Assembly: GCA_051294905.1 (NCBI GenBank)
Contig: CM119371.1
Span: 5,086,001-5,150,000, forward strand
DNA length: 64,000 bases
Direction of reading: 5' to 3'
Source of the DNA: Botryllus schlosseri
Taxonomy: Eukaryota
How positions within the stretch are numbered: position 1 is the first letter of the stretch; each line of letters begins with the position of its first letter. Made by a program: the position numbers and the translations under genes. Below, piece after piece: positions 14,486 to 28,000 of the stretch. The notes beneath the pieces are model-generated. The model saw only the letters and a program-made list of their open reading frames with translations. It was not told where the DNA came from and made no database searches.

Positions 14486-15439
14486 CGATGAGACGTATGA
14501 CACTAGAGACGATACCTACTGTCAACTCCTCAAGTACAATGTGATAGGGGGCAGATTTTCAAGAGCACATAAATTTTTAGCACATAAACTCAATGTACGT
14601 AAGTGTAGAAGCAATTTAAACTAAGAGCATTATTAGATTGTGGAGCAGTGGTTCTTACCCTTCACTAAGCCGCGTACGGAATCACAAATAGATTTAAAAA
14701 TCCACCACAATACATACTATGACGTTACAATCGATCCTACATGTGTACAAAATGACCTGTGCATCAAAAGTGAGTTAAAAGAACAAAACCATTAAAAGAT
14801 AATTTTCACAAAAAAATATTATAATGAATATATATTGCAAGTCAGGGTGATTTCTGGTGTTCCCTTTCAGAAATGAGAGGCTTCACCTTGGAAAGTGACA
14901 TCGTATTGTTCGGTCGAAATGCAACAGCGTGATACCAATTGCTCAATTACAAATGAGCTCAAAAGAATTGGAGATGGAATTATCACTGAGAATAGAGGAG
15001 TCTCAATTTAGGACCCCAACTTTTCTGCATACGCCCGACACGCGATGTATAATCAGGGCAATAACAATTCGAATATTAGTGATCGTGCCTCATTACCTGC
15101 AACTGCAACCCATGATGACCAAGACCGGCATATCATCCCCAATCATATGTATGAGTTCAGCGTGTCTCTTGAACAACGCGATATCCCTAGTGAACTTTCT
15201 CCAAATTTCCATTAAAGTGGAGTAATACAATGCAGCCATTTTACCATGATAGAAGAAACAAAAATAAATAACAAAAGAGCAGTCATGCTGAGTCAGAACT
15301 TTGATACTTTGAGCCTTTCCAGGAACACTATCCCAAAATTTTGATCCCATATAGCCTATTCGATAGACTGTTCTCTAGAGTTAATGCGGTGTACATATAG
15401 CTGACCGGATTAGATTCTGGTGATTCAGCAGCTAGAACA

Positions 15440-15965
15440 TCCAAGCACAGTACCAGATTGTACTTGGTACAAGTCTGGACAGCACTATTATCGCAATGCA
15501 AAACGTACCACATTAATCTATAACGAGCAGCCTGACTACTACTAACTGTCAACTCCCCATAATACCCAATTACCAGGCTGTGGTAATTTACAAACCTTAC
15601 TACACGCATCGCGCGCTTTCGTAACGGTTTCGAAAGTGCCGTATGTCTAGTACTCTAGTTTACAACAAGACAGACATCGATTCGCCGTTTTACGCATCGT
15701 GAATGGGTGCGATAGAGGTGTGTCTGTGCCGTGTACTCAATTCGATATACGGCGCTTTCGAAAGTTTGAACATCGCGCGTTGCATACTCAATGCTCGTTG
15801 TTAAGCTGTGACATTACGGTATTAGTTGAGCTTTGGACATTAGCACATATATTGGCAGGTGGGTATTATGGGAAATAAGGAAGTTGTTAGTCAGGCTTAT
15901 TCAGATAACTTAGTTTGTTGTATATTTTGCATTGGGATAATAGTGCTTCCCATACTTGTACAGAC
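15440..15965. promoter_or_regulatory. Putative shared bidirectional promoter / first-exon region at the inversion axis
   Basis: CpG-richer inverted repeat between the divergent ZF genes. The motif GATAT[AG]CGGC[GA]CTT[TC]CGAAAG is conserved at 15744-15764 (+) and 44381-44401 (+), with a close variant at 15627-15647 (-). Promoter function is inferred from position only. Confidence 0.5.
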
Positions 15966-17094
15966 TAACTGAGTACTGGAGTTTGAAAAAAACTTGACTT
16001 GAATTGGAACTAGCATTACTGACTGTGAATCGCAATCAGAACTAGGCTTTCTTCAGTAAAATCCGCAATCAGTTGACCATCAACTAACTAGGATCATAGT
16101 TCGTACAATCTACAAGTCTGGAGCTTTCTATAAAAATCAAGTTATCGTGATTTCAGAATCTAACAAATCGACATATTGTTTACTGAGGCCTCAGTCAGAT
16201 ATACTTTCGATGCAACCTGCCATTTTTTGTGTTAATCATCATTTATTAAAATACACCACAAAATTGCGATATAATGAAAAGATAGGATGGTGGTGAAACT
16301 ATTGAGAGCAATCTTTCGGTCAGACACCCACCTTGGCCTACATCATATCATGCAAATAATAAGCATGCACACTGCACACTGAATTTAAGAAAGGATATCC
16401 AGTGGTACTTTCAAAATATCATGTTAGATAGAACCTGATATTGTGCTGTGTCAGACAATTTGTCTATTCTTTTACTAGTTTGTGTATTTGGTGTTTGATT
16501 TTTTGAAGTTGTGTTTGCATTTTCTCAATGAATCCGTGTAAAGTGTGCTAAAATCTTGAAGTTTAGTCCCACCATCCTTTGAAGCCAGTGCTGGGATCAA
16601 GTAATATCTCCGAGTCTTTTCCAATTCATACCTACTTGATATCCATCACCAATCAGTGTTCCCCACAAATTAGTCGAAGTCATGATGCCGTTGCCAGCTG
16701 CAGAAAAACGGCTGGTGGTATTCCTTGCTTGAAACGTTGAATATCGATAAATTAAATGTTCGGCACGCAAGCTGATAAATATTTGACATTTTGGCACGCT
16801 GCACACAAAAGGATTCCGGCCCCTGGTGTATTAAGAATAGGGTCGTGGCAAGGGTATTGAATGCTTGTACAATAACCCAACCTTAAACCACTTATAACGG
16901 TAATAAATGATGACATGTTCGCGGAATTTGTTTTTGTATTTTCTCAATGATAATATGTACAATATGATAAAATCATTAGTAGCCAGCGCTGCGATCAGGT
17001 GTATACATTCAAGTCCTTTCCTATCCATATCAAAGTCATGCGCATTGCCAATCACCAATCAGTGTTCGTGTAGAAGTAATTATGTAGAAGTAAT

Positions 17095-17231
17095 CGATAT
17101 GTATAAAAGACGAAGTGCATACTTGTAGGGCGGAATGAATACTACTCTAGTTCGAACGCTCGTGTGAATAAAACGGTCTTGATCTTGCGTTTGAAAACAT
17201 ATAGCGAGTCGCATAGTCTGATAGAAAATGT
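17095..17231 (-). mobile_element. Second fragment of the same L2 family
   Basis: High identity, same orientation, to 14160-14297. Confidence 0.75.
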
Positions 17232-17327
17232 GATGTTATGGAGCAAAAGTAACGTCAGACTCGGATTCATCCCCCCCAAATTATTTGAGCATGATCAAAG
17301 CAAATCATAGCGCAAAAATCGGACGGA

Positions 17328-17588
17328 TGAGAGAGAGAGAGATGATATTATTTCTCGCCTGCACCATCGAGATGCTTTGGCGACGGAGTTGCGATACGGC
17401 CCCATGAGGTCATCTAGTCTGCGCCCCCGTTTTTTTTTTCTCCTCCATGCTATCCGTGATTGCTGAGCGCCTAGCAGGATAGCTGCGGATACCATTTTTC
17501 GAGTCTTTGGTATGACCCGGCCGGGGATCGAACCCACGACCTACCGCTCGAGAAGCCGGACGCACAACCATTACACTATCTCGCTCGG
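17328..17588 (-). mobile_element. tRNA-derived SINE
   Basis: Minus strand shows A box TAGTGTAATGG and B box GGTTCGATCCC, then GGTCATACCAAAGAC..AAAAATGGTA..CCTGCT.GGCGCTCAGCA, which from memory resembles a conserved MetaSINE-type central domain, then a (TC)n tail. Confidence 0.8.
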
Positions 17589-17836
17589 TGAGTGTTATCA
17601 AAATAGAATCGACAACAGTAATTTTCGTGCTGTTGATATTTTTTTATGTTGTACAATATCGCTGTATGACGATTGCTACACAGTCTAATGATACTCTTCG
17701 TTTAGATTAATTCTACTTTCATACATGGCCGATGTGGTCATATTGTCATTGAGATAAGCCTTATGCGCTGAATATTCGTTCAAGAATCAGATGGAAATTT
17801 GTTCCTCGCATATTCAACTTGAGCATTTGATTTTGA

Positions 17837-18995
17837 ATGTTGGACTTCCAACGCCATATTGATATGCAAGCGGGCATGAAAAATCACAACTGTGATATAT
17901 GTGGGAAAGTATTTACCAGGAAGGGTAGCATCAACCTTCATATTATGCGTATCCATGCTGGCGTTAAAAATTATAACTGTGATGTATGTGGGAAAGCATT
18001 TACACTGAAGGGAGACCTGATGCGTCATATGAAGATCCATGCTGGCGTCAAAAATCATAACTGCGATGTATGTGGGAAAGCATTTATTCAGCAGGGCAAT
18101 CTCATGCGTCATATGCATATTCATGCTGGCGTTAAGAATCATTTCTGTGATGCATGTGGAAAAGCATTTACACTGAAGGGAGACCTCAAACTTCATATGG
18201 ATATCCATGCTGGCGTTAAAAATCATATATGCGATGTATGTGGAAAAGCATTTGCTAGGAAGACAGATCTCATGCTTCATTTGGAGATCCATGCTGGCGT
18301 CAAAAATCACGACTGTGATGTATGTGGGAAAGCATTTACTAGGAAGCAAGACCTCATGCGTCATGTAGATATACATGCTAGCGTTAAAAGTCATTTATGT
18401 GATGTATGTGGGATTGCATTTACACAGAAGGGTAGCCTCAAGCTTCATATGGATATCCATGCTGGCGTCAAAAATCATAACTGCCATGTATGTGGGAAAG
18501 CATTTACTAGGAAGAGAGACCTCGTGCGTCATGTAGATATCCATGCTGGCGTTAAGAATCATTTCTGTGATATATGTGGGATAGCATTTACACAGAAGGA
18601 TAGCCTTAAGCTTCATATGGATATCCATGCTGGCTTCAAAAATCATACCTGCGATGTATGTGGGAAAGCATTTACTAGGAAGAGAGATCTCATGCGTCAT
18701 GTAGATATACATGCTGGCGTTAAGAATAATTTCTGTGATGTATGTGGGAAAGCATTTACTCGGAAGAGTAACCTCAAGCGACATATGTATGCATGCTGGC
18801 ATCAAAAATCATAAATGTGAAGTATGTGGGAAGGCGTTTACTGAGAAGGGATACCTCATGTGTCATATGGATATAAATGCTGGCATCAAACAGCATCGAT
18901 GCGACATCTGTAGGAAATCATATACTCAAAAATGCAACTTCAAGCGTCATATTTATATGCATCCAGACGTCAAAACTGATATTTGTGGGAAATAA
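17837..18995 (+). CDS. Tandem C2H2 zinc-finger ORF 2 (10 complete fingers, an 11th frameshifted near 18790, then 2-3 degenerate fingers)
   Basis: ORF 17837-18814 of CDVCGKAF..HMDIHAGVKNH repeats. The fingers continue in another frame (18711-18995: HAGIKNHKCEVCGKAFTEKG..CDICRKSYTQKCNFKRH). Confidence 0.9.
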
Positions 18996-21421
18996 TTACT
19001 ATAAGAAGCGTCATATTATGTTGGTGTCAATAATTAAAATGAAGGGGTGCGAAAAATATTTTACTGCTATGTACATAACAAAGGCTTAATACGGATATGT
19101 ATGGTGGAATCGTTAACTATGTTTGCATTTTTCTGCCAAAACATTTACTCTGTACCACTGTACAATTACCTCGAGTGTCATTCAGTTTGATATGTAAAGT
19201 TCTATTGATTGATCATTTCAAAATACTCGATGGTGCTGATAGAATCGCAAGACGGAGAGGACGTCGAAATAAATTGGTGTATTATTTCAATCAAACCTTG
19301 GTCTCGAATATGTAAAAAAGTGTGTACACTGTACAGTGTATACAGAGAAGCAGAGGATAACATAGAAGAAAAAGCAATTAAAACTATCAGACGTCAAAAT
19401 CGTAATGTCGTAAATGCAGGAGAGAATGTTGTCGAATTGGTCACCTTCAATGTTATGTGAATGATTATATTATTCATCCCAATAGCCATGAGTGTAACGT
19501 TTGTAACGAAATGTCAATCCTGAGTATAATCTTGAGTGCCAGCAAGTGAGGCATGCAGGGCTTGGTAAAATCAAGTATCGAAGTGATTCTATTCTGAATC
19601 GAGTATCAGGCTTCGAATCGTGTACTAAGCTATATTAATTCATTTTGACGTCAAAACAGCGTGAATGATGTGGAAAGCTCTAATAATGTACCTGTAATGC
19701 GACCGAAATGAATATCAGTCAGCTCTACATCACAATAAAGAGTATATGTTACTTTTTGACCGTGCCTATGTCATTGCACTTTATTGGGACACCGGTGTGG
19801 GTCACGACTTTACGGAAATGTTATTTCAACTAACGCGTGGACAGTTATTGGTTGTTTCGTATGCTGCAATACGACCAATCGAGGTTTACAATCCCCACAG
19901 TGGAAAACTATCAAAGGTGTAATTCTCTGCATAGATTAACTCACATAGAAGAGGAGTATTTGATTTCATTACACAAAAATATCACATCTCACTACTGGAC
20001 TAGAATCATTGAAGTTAATTCCTGAATCATTGTGCCCGCAGCCACACACGCAACCGCTCTGTGAAAACATGGTATCTACTCTGGTTCACATTTTGAGACC
20101 GTACAACATATTGCGATTACTTATCCGATGAATACATGTGAAAGAGCCAACCTTCGTTGTACATTCAGCTGTCAGGAAGAAAATGCACGCGGGAATGTTG
20201 TGTCTATTTTTTGTGGACAACCTATAAGCAGTCGTCCTTGATTTATGACCACCCAAGTGAAGATTATCTTCTACCAGACCAGTTACTTGATGGTCAAGTA
20301 GGCCTAGCTGTAGTTGCCAATTCTGAAAAGTGAGTAGTCGTAGTTGCGCATTTCAGTGCGATTTCGTGTTACCGGTGTTTTGGTATGTGATGGCATTGCA
20401 GCCATATTGTCAGCTTAGGGTCTTCGCTATTACCAGTGGCGTATCCAGGGCTTTGTGGGTGTGAGATCTCTCACATTTTGAACTCAAATTAACGTCCTTT
20501 GAAATTTGAACTCCGGACATATTCAATATTTTATAGGTCATTTACAATTTCTCACGCATAAGTTACGTATTCGTATACGTGGATTGACCTCACATCGGTG
20601 TACGAAATGAATCTCTCGCTCACATACAACGCTAAAGTTATAGAAAATGCAAGAAATCAACGTGGTACTTATCAAGCACCTTTAAACAGTGATATAGCCA
20701 TAATGGCTGTATGGGGAAGACTGTCTCAATCTTTATTCATTTTGCGTCATCATAGTCAGTAACGGATTAGCCTACTTCCACTTTTTCATTGTTGCCAATG
20801 AGGCATCGCGAGCACTTGCGCTACTTACTCAAGTGGCTCTGTTATTACTACTTTCCCTCATGTTTTTTGTGTTATTCGTGATGTCTGTCGACAGCTACGG
20901 TCATTTACACCAGGCCGATATTCTTCATGTTTTTTCCTCACGGCCCAATTCTAGCCTTTTTGTAAGACACCGCTTACGCTTAGGAATTCTAAAGTCGACC
21001 TCGGTCGGACTAGAACCAGCACCTTTTCATGCTGAAGCCGCGGATTATACCACTGCGCTACTAATGTATTTTGCGGCAACACTACTTACTATTTTGAAAA
21101 GTAGAGCGTAGTTTTAAGTTCAGTCTCTGTTTCGATCCTGATCAACCACATTCAATTTTAAAAACTACAGCACTTTTGTGGTCTTTCAATATCTCCCTCT
21201 GCAAGAAGTTTCGAGATGTCTTTAGAATCGCTAATTGCGCCCGTAATCCAATGAATAGGTACTCCGTGAATTCCACTTCAAATCGATTAACAAGGTCAGC
21301 CTATTTTTAAACCTTACCTGTTATACCTTACTGAGTGACCTTTTACTGTGACACCGACTACTGCAATAATTTAATCCGACACATGATCTATTATGATGAA
21401 TAGCATTAACTGGCTTTACAG

Positions 21422-21826
21422 TAGGCTTACCATACGTCCTCTTTTAAGAGGATTTGTCCTCTTTTTTGACTTTTTTGGAAGTGTCCTCGGAGGACGCCCT
21501 TTTGTCCTCTTTTTTAAAAATTTAGGTCTGATATGCCGCAAATTAGCACAGAAGTGACGGTCCGGCGGAAATTTCGGAGTGAAAAACGGTGAATATAACT
21601 CTGAGCGAAAAGATGACTTTTTTTTTCTTCTAGTCATCCATCTCGCAACGCGGAGAGAAAAACGGTAATTTGAGCTCTGAGCAGAAGTGAAGACCTTTTT
21701 TTTTTAGTCAACCGATCACAAAATGGGAAAAATTTACCGATTTTTGAGAATTCTACTGCGGTTTTGCATCTTGCAAATTTCTGAAAAAGTGTCCTCTTTA
21801 TGCATTTTCAAAATATGGTAAGCCTA
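21422..21826 (+). mobile_element. hAT-type MITE (405 bp)
   Basis: TIRs TAGGCTTACCATA...TATGGTAAGCCTA; 8-bp TSD CTTTACAG; repeated TGTCCTC subterminal motifs. Confidence 0.9.
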
Positions 21827-22039
21827 CTTTACAGAAGAAAGGTTTTCCTGACAAAGTAGCACTGGATTTATTCACACACAACGATCCGGAGTCATTTTAC
21901 ACAAAGTCAATCACATAATATCCATCCGGTCCGGATTCATTGGTTAACTCTAAGCTCAAAAAAGAGTCAGCTGCAGAGCTTAGAGCGATGCAATTTGCAA
22001 ATAGAAATATACTGCTCGTTGTATTGAGCGTTGCATGAA

Positions 22040-25000
22040 TCATCTTTGCATCTTCAAACATGAATCTTCGTAAGATGGCATCCGTATTTTTGTAGCAGTT
22101 TTAATTTGTAGGTTTTGAAGTGCCGTTATCGGTCGATGTAAATCACGGGTTCCCATCATAGGACACCGAATCACTTTGGCGGGGTCCTGGATAATGAAAA
22201 CGTACATAACAGTAGCACAGGTGCTCAAACTAGGCCCCATTGTAAGTGATATTGTAAATTTCAAATCAACTACGAGTAAAAGCAGAAATTTAAAGTAAAA
22301 TTAATGCCACATATCTATACTGAGTTACAACTTGGTAGGATGAGGTCATCAAATTAGTCAGTGTTGCTATGCAAGTAGAAGTAACGTCGTAAATTGAGAG
22401 TCAATTACAAGTGGAAATAGGAGGTGAGTTGAGCAGTCGGTGATGTTACAGATGAAGTAACCTCATAAATTTCTAATCAACTGCAAGTCGAAGTAACGAT
22501 TTCAAAGAAAAAAACTACTTGAAGCGAATGATTGTGGCTGAGGTAATCAGTGATGCTACTCGAGTAGAAGTCCAGACTTTCGTAGAGCCATTTCATAAAT
22601 TTTTCAAGTCAAGTCACGCAAATTCGGACTTTATCCAAGTCACTTGATATATTTTTCAAGTCAAATCACACAAATGTAGACTTTAGTCGATTCAAAGCAA
22701 GTCGTTTGATCAATTTTCATGTCAGGTAACACTTTAGTCAAGCCATTTCATAAATTTTCAATTCAAGTACAATAAAATGATTCCATCAAACTTGATCAAA
22801 TGCTCGCACATGTAGGTACAGAAATATTTGAGCAAGGTTTCCTTCTCGGTTTGCGTGCTCAGGCATTTTGTAGTAAGACTATGTCATGTCTCTGTCAATG
22901 TATTCCACTTGCACATCGTCTGTTTACAGAAGTATTAGCGTGCTACTGTTTAAAAGTACGTCGTTGCTATTGTCACATAGTTGCTAACCTGAAATCTGAA
23001 TAAAAACATCATTTTTGCAGGTATTGGAAGGCCTGCTATTGTAATGATAATATTAAATTTGGATTTGAATTAATGAATTCATTACCAAAATCCCGAGGCC
23101 GGTTTCATTCGGGACAATATTGAAATGCTTACATACATCCTTGAGCAGCGAAACGCCAAGATATATTTCACAAGACAGAATCATGCCATATAATATGGAA
23201 GCGGTTCTATATTGACACAATTCCCAGTTTTCAGTTCACGTTGAGTATTAGCGTGTATTAGTCTGTACAAGATGGCCACCAGAGTTTGACAGCTAGAAAA
23301 TCTTAAGTAGTTCCCTAATGAATTAGAAGTAGTCTGTACATTGAGCTTGGTTCGTTACACATGTTAGGGTTCTCCTGTAGCATTTTCAGGGAAACCATCT
23401 CACAGCAATCACAGCACAGCGATCACAGCAATCGCTTCTTTTACTTCTAATTGAGTTGAAATTTACGGCGTTACATCTACTTGTGCTAGGACACCAATTA
23501 TAACTACTTTCACTACCACTTCATGCCACGAGAAGTAATTTTCCCTCGTCGTTGAAATCGCTTATGCAGTAATTGAATAGAAATAATTTACTAGGATATT
23601 TCTATTCAAGTAGCATTGCTGACTACTTTGTCTACCTTCTATCTCCACATGAATGAGTTTTGATCTGTCTTTGAATCGATATATTTACTTGTAATTGACT
23701 AGTGCTTGGATTGATGTTACTTTTTTCGAGTAGCATTACCGAATACTTTGACTACCTTCTATCTCTGCATGAAATAAGATAGAGATGTCCTGGAAATTGC
23801 AACTTTTGCTCGAAATAGAGTGTCATTTTATGGCGCTACTTCTATTGGAGTGGTCTTGCGAACTGTTTTGACCACCGATGTATTTATTGAAATAGATTGT
23901 AAGCTCTTTTTGTCAGTGAGCTCCTTTTATCCAGACATAGTGAAAATACAAAAATAGCCTTACCGAATCCAGCTTTATCTGTCACATCCTCCAATCCAAT
24001 GCACAGGAGCAGGCTGCAGGGTCTTCTGCCTCATCTGTTGAATAAAACTCAGTTTTGATTTATAGAAATTAAATATATAGCTAATGCTAACCCTTTTTTG
24101 GTCGTGTCATATACTGGCTAGAGTTGTAATTTGGATCTATGATATCTGCTTGACTCGATATGCATACGGAGTTCTTAACCCCTGTGGATTTCAACGACCC
24201 TTTCTGAATTTGAGCCAAATTTGTACACAGGAATATTCTATGCACCATTCTCTGATACATGTTGAACACGATATATACATATATGGAAATCCAAATGGCT
24301 TTCATTTGTACCGACACTTTTTGAAATTAGGATTAGCACCAATTTGAATTTCGACACATCGGTCAACTTATACATCAATACCATATTACATATTGAATTT
24401 GTTGAAGAATTTCTGATATTATTTAGTTGTCGCGACACTCATAAATTGATTCGAGCCTGAGCCATTACGTGATTCGGATTTTAATATATGAAAGCTCTGA
24501 TTCGTAGAAGTAGCTAACATTTCACAGGGGAAGTCTATTCAGAATAAAGTCAAGTAGTGGTTAAAAGAAAATAAATACACACCCATATATATAGCAGACT
24601 CGTCGATCAATTTTTTGAGTTGACACTCAGGTTCTGCCGTAAGTTCTGGTGATTTGTAACTCTTTATGTAGATCGCCTCTTGCTTGTCACCAAAAGGTTT
24701 CTGTGTCTCCGTATTCGCGGCAACTGTCATGTAAAACAATAAGCTGATACAACTATTTGATAATAGCACTTGCCTTTGCGACAAGGGGTGGACAATTTCT
24801 TTTACTTTGCAAACAGATAACAGGATAAACTTTGGATTCGTAAGTTTTTCATCTATAAGACCTCATAAAAAGTCGAAGGCTACTCTATACTGTGGTACAA
24901 AAGACACATCCCTGCATACAAGTGTGCAGGTGCGGCTTTTCTAGTTTATTTCATATCCAAACATAACAAGAGCTGTAAATCTGTTCAAATAAATGCTCTG

Positions 25001-28000
25001 TACTTTGGAAAATGCGACTTACGCTACATGTCATATCTTCTGAATATAGGATTTATTGGTGAAGGTGCTAGTTACCGGTCTTATCGGTATCGGACAGTGT
25101 TTCAACAAGATTCTGAGTCACAAGTCAATCTTTCTTCTATGGTAATTACTCCAATCATATTCATTTCCCAAACAAGTCAAGTCCAAGTCAGAGTGCTGAG
25201 ACTCGAGTTACAACCCTAGTCATGTTCAGCTCCTAGGATTCTAAAAACACTCGTTTATCTCACTCTCAACCAGATATGCTCTGTAAAGAAGTACTTTTAC
25301 TTTGTCAAAGTACTCAAGTAGGTTTTGTCTACTTGCAATACTTACTCAAGTGATTATGATTGTAGACAAATGTCATTTGTCCATCACAATTTGCGGTTCT
25401 CAATCCAAACTACGCCTGGAATACTGACCTTTTAGGTGCTTGGTAATAGCTACTTTTAGCTTTACTTGAGTGTCAATTTACGTTGTTACTTCTACTTGAG
25501 TACCAGTGATGACTACTTTGACCGCCTCTACTCTCAATTGGCTTATTCAAACAGATATAAGACACTTTCTGACTTTATTTGCCGTAAGTTTTACGACTTC
25601 TCTAAGTCATGTGCAATGACTCGAGTCGAGTCATGACTCGCGTCCTTATGACCCCGGTACGGCTCAAAGATCCAATATCGGTCGTGCTCTCATCGTAACT
25701 AAGGCTGCGCACAATGGTTCAAGCAGTCTAATTTGAATCAAGTATTTATTCCAATGATTCCGGTCGACAAGTTAGAAATGATTCTCTCCAGTGCTAAAAT
25801 GATACTCAAGATGCTAACACTCGATTTTGACCATCCATAACGATATTAAAGACTTGTAAAAATCTCACTTTTGAAACTTGGCTCCAGTTGACTCTCCGAT
25901 ATTGTAGGCGTGATAGCCAAGCAGGTGACCGGCAGTTCTTGTGGAATGTCGCCTTGAAAGACGCATTTGACAGCGCGCGATCCACGGTAGTTCATTCTCA
26001 TGGGTCAATCGACAACAATCTGTGAAAATCATGGTAGGTCAGTGTTGGAAACGAGTCACTATGTTCAAGTCACAAGTCATATCGAGTCATTGCACATTTT
26101 GCATGGAGTCAAGTTACTCCATTTTTCGAGGCAAATCAAGTTACTTGATTTTTGAATGTGACTCGAGTTGAGTCAAGACACTTGACAAAGTTGACGCGGT
26201 CATTCCAATACTGTGGAGCACATTAGAAAAAAGGCAAAAGAGTTATAACATACCTTTTGATATGATCACAAGCTGGTGGTGATTATTTTGTAGAATCGTC
26301 AATTCATTCTTCTCCTAATGAAAGTTTCCTGCAACGTCTGGCATTCAAGCGGTAGCTCACCGACCAACAATGCATATACCTACGACAAAGAAAAACATGC
26401 ATCAACTTATCAAGTCGGATGTTTGTTGCTAATGCTGGCACAATGATTCGCGTCCAAAAGTAAGAAATGATTATTTCCAGCTCTGAAATGAAAGGCTACT
26501 TGCCACAATCAGTTAATTTTATGAACCAGAATTATGATTTTGCCGCCATTTTATAACGTGTAAGGCTGTAAACCTCGATTGACCGTATCGCAGCTTAAGA
26601 CATATGTAGTATTGAAGCGAGAGCTACAGTATAAAGGTACACGGTTAGTGGAAATGACATATATATCAAGTCGCGATCAAGTCACAGCAATGTCACATAG
26701 TACAATGAAATAGCAATGATTGAAACGATACCAAATTATTTTATGTGATGTAGAAATGGCATTACATTATTTGTGGTCGCATATTTGAACTATCCACAAT
26801 TTCCATAACGTCATGCCGTCACAATAGGTGATAGTCAAATACTCAACCTGTAGCCTAATACTCGGATCAGGATAAAATCAGTCAGGTACTCGATTTAGCC
26901 CAGAATTAGACCCTTGCGACCTATTTTTATAAAAATCCTTAATCAATAATGCTATGGGTGCATCATACTCACAAAACACAACCAAGGTGTCCACTTCGCA
27001 ACCGTGTCCATCCTTGCCGAGAACTTCCGGGTCGTCGATATAGTCGGGAGTGCCGCAAAGAGTATTCATTGTGTGGCTTTCACAGTCGACCTTGGTAGCT
27101 CAACTGAAATCTTCAAACTTTTCCATATTGTTCAGGAATAGGTTCTCCAGCTGTCAGTTAAAATTTTACATCAAGTTACACCAGTATATCAAGTTTCACA
27201 AACTACCAATCCAGTTAAATGATGGCGAACTACGGTAACTGCTGCTTTCTTGAGTAGTTCTAGTTTTAGTTGTATATTTGTGTATTTTAAAAGAAAGCAG
27301 TTCTAGCTCAAGTTGTGTATTTGACTAAAAATGTAGTCGCCAATATCTCCAATATTTCTTAGCTCACTTGTAATTCAAAAATTAAATTACCAGTTATTTG
27401 CTTAGCTACAGTTTAGTTAGTTAGTTGCAGATTTTCAACGGTCGTTGGTTATAGTTTTAGTTACGAGTTTTGAAAACTGAATACCTTAGTTCTAGTTGTA
27501 GTTGCACATGTCAAAAATCCAACAGTTTGCACTGTCTGTAACCACCGCAAACAATGCTACCTTGATAGCCGTGTGAATAATATTACAATCGTGAAGGTAA
27601 ACGACTCCAAGCAGAATCTGTTGCATGCAAGAGCGAGTCTCGGCTTCAGTCATGACGCGTCTTTATTTATCAATGCCCATCGACCACTGTCAATGAAAAT
27701 AAAATCTAACGGGGTTGATAGAATGAAATTATTAGCAGTATATGTTGGGCACATAAAAATCAGTTGTTCTCAACCGTTTTGAGCTCGGGGCAGGTAAAAA
27801 TTAATCTACAAATATTACAGATCAGTGAACCTTCATAGTTAGAAACTTCATATCACGCTGCTATTTTGATATTTGACTTGTTATACGTGGGGCTGTGCAA
27901 AATCGAATACCTGACTGATTTGAAACTGAACCGAGTATTAAGCTTCGAGTCACGTCGAGTATATTTTGCATCACACTGAAGATTATTTGACATTTGATGG

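Larger units (their letters stand above)
960..27960. repeat. Large inverted segmental duplication (arms ~960-15650 and ~15740-27960; homology resumes between ~540-900 and ~30600-30950)
   Basis: Collinear reverse-complement matches seen by eye, e.g. 3480-3560 vs 25845-25925 (near exact), 2460-2580 vs 26270-26380, 6575-6680 vs 23960-24060, 8530-8800 vs 21950-22190, 15627-15647 vs 15744-15764. Confidence 0.9.

Noticed and set aside
17515..17588. tRNA gene
   Set aside because: A and B boxes are present, but the acceptor stem pairs poorly and the sequence runs into a SINE body and tail.
17837..18814. CRISPR-like regularly spaced repeats (84-bp period)
   Set aside because: The period is the 28-codon zinc-finger unit in eukaryotic DNA; there are no unique spacers or cas genes.
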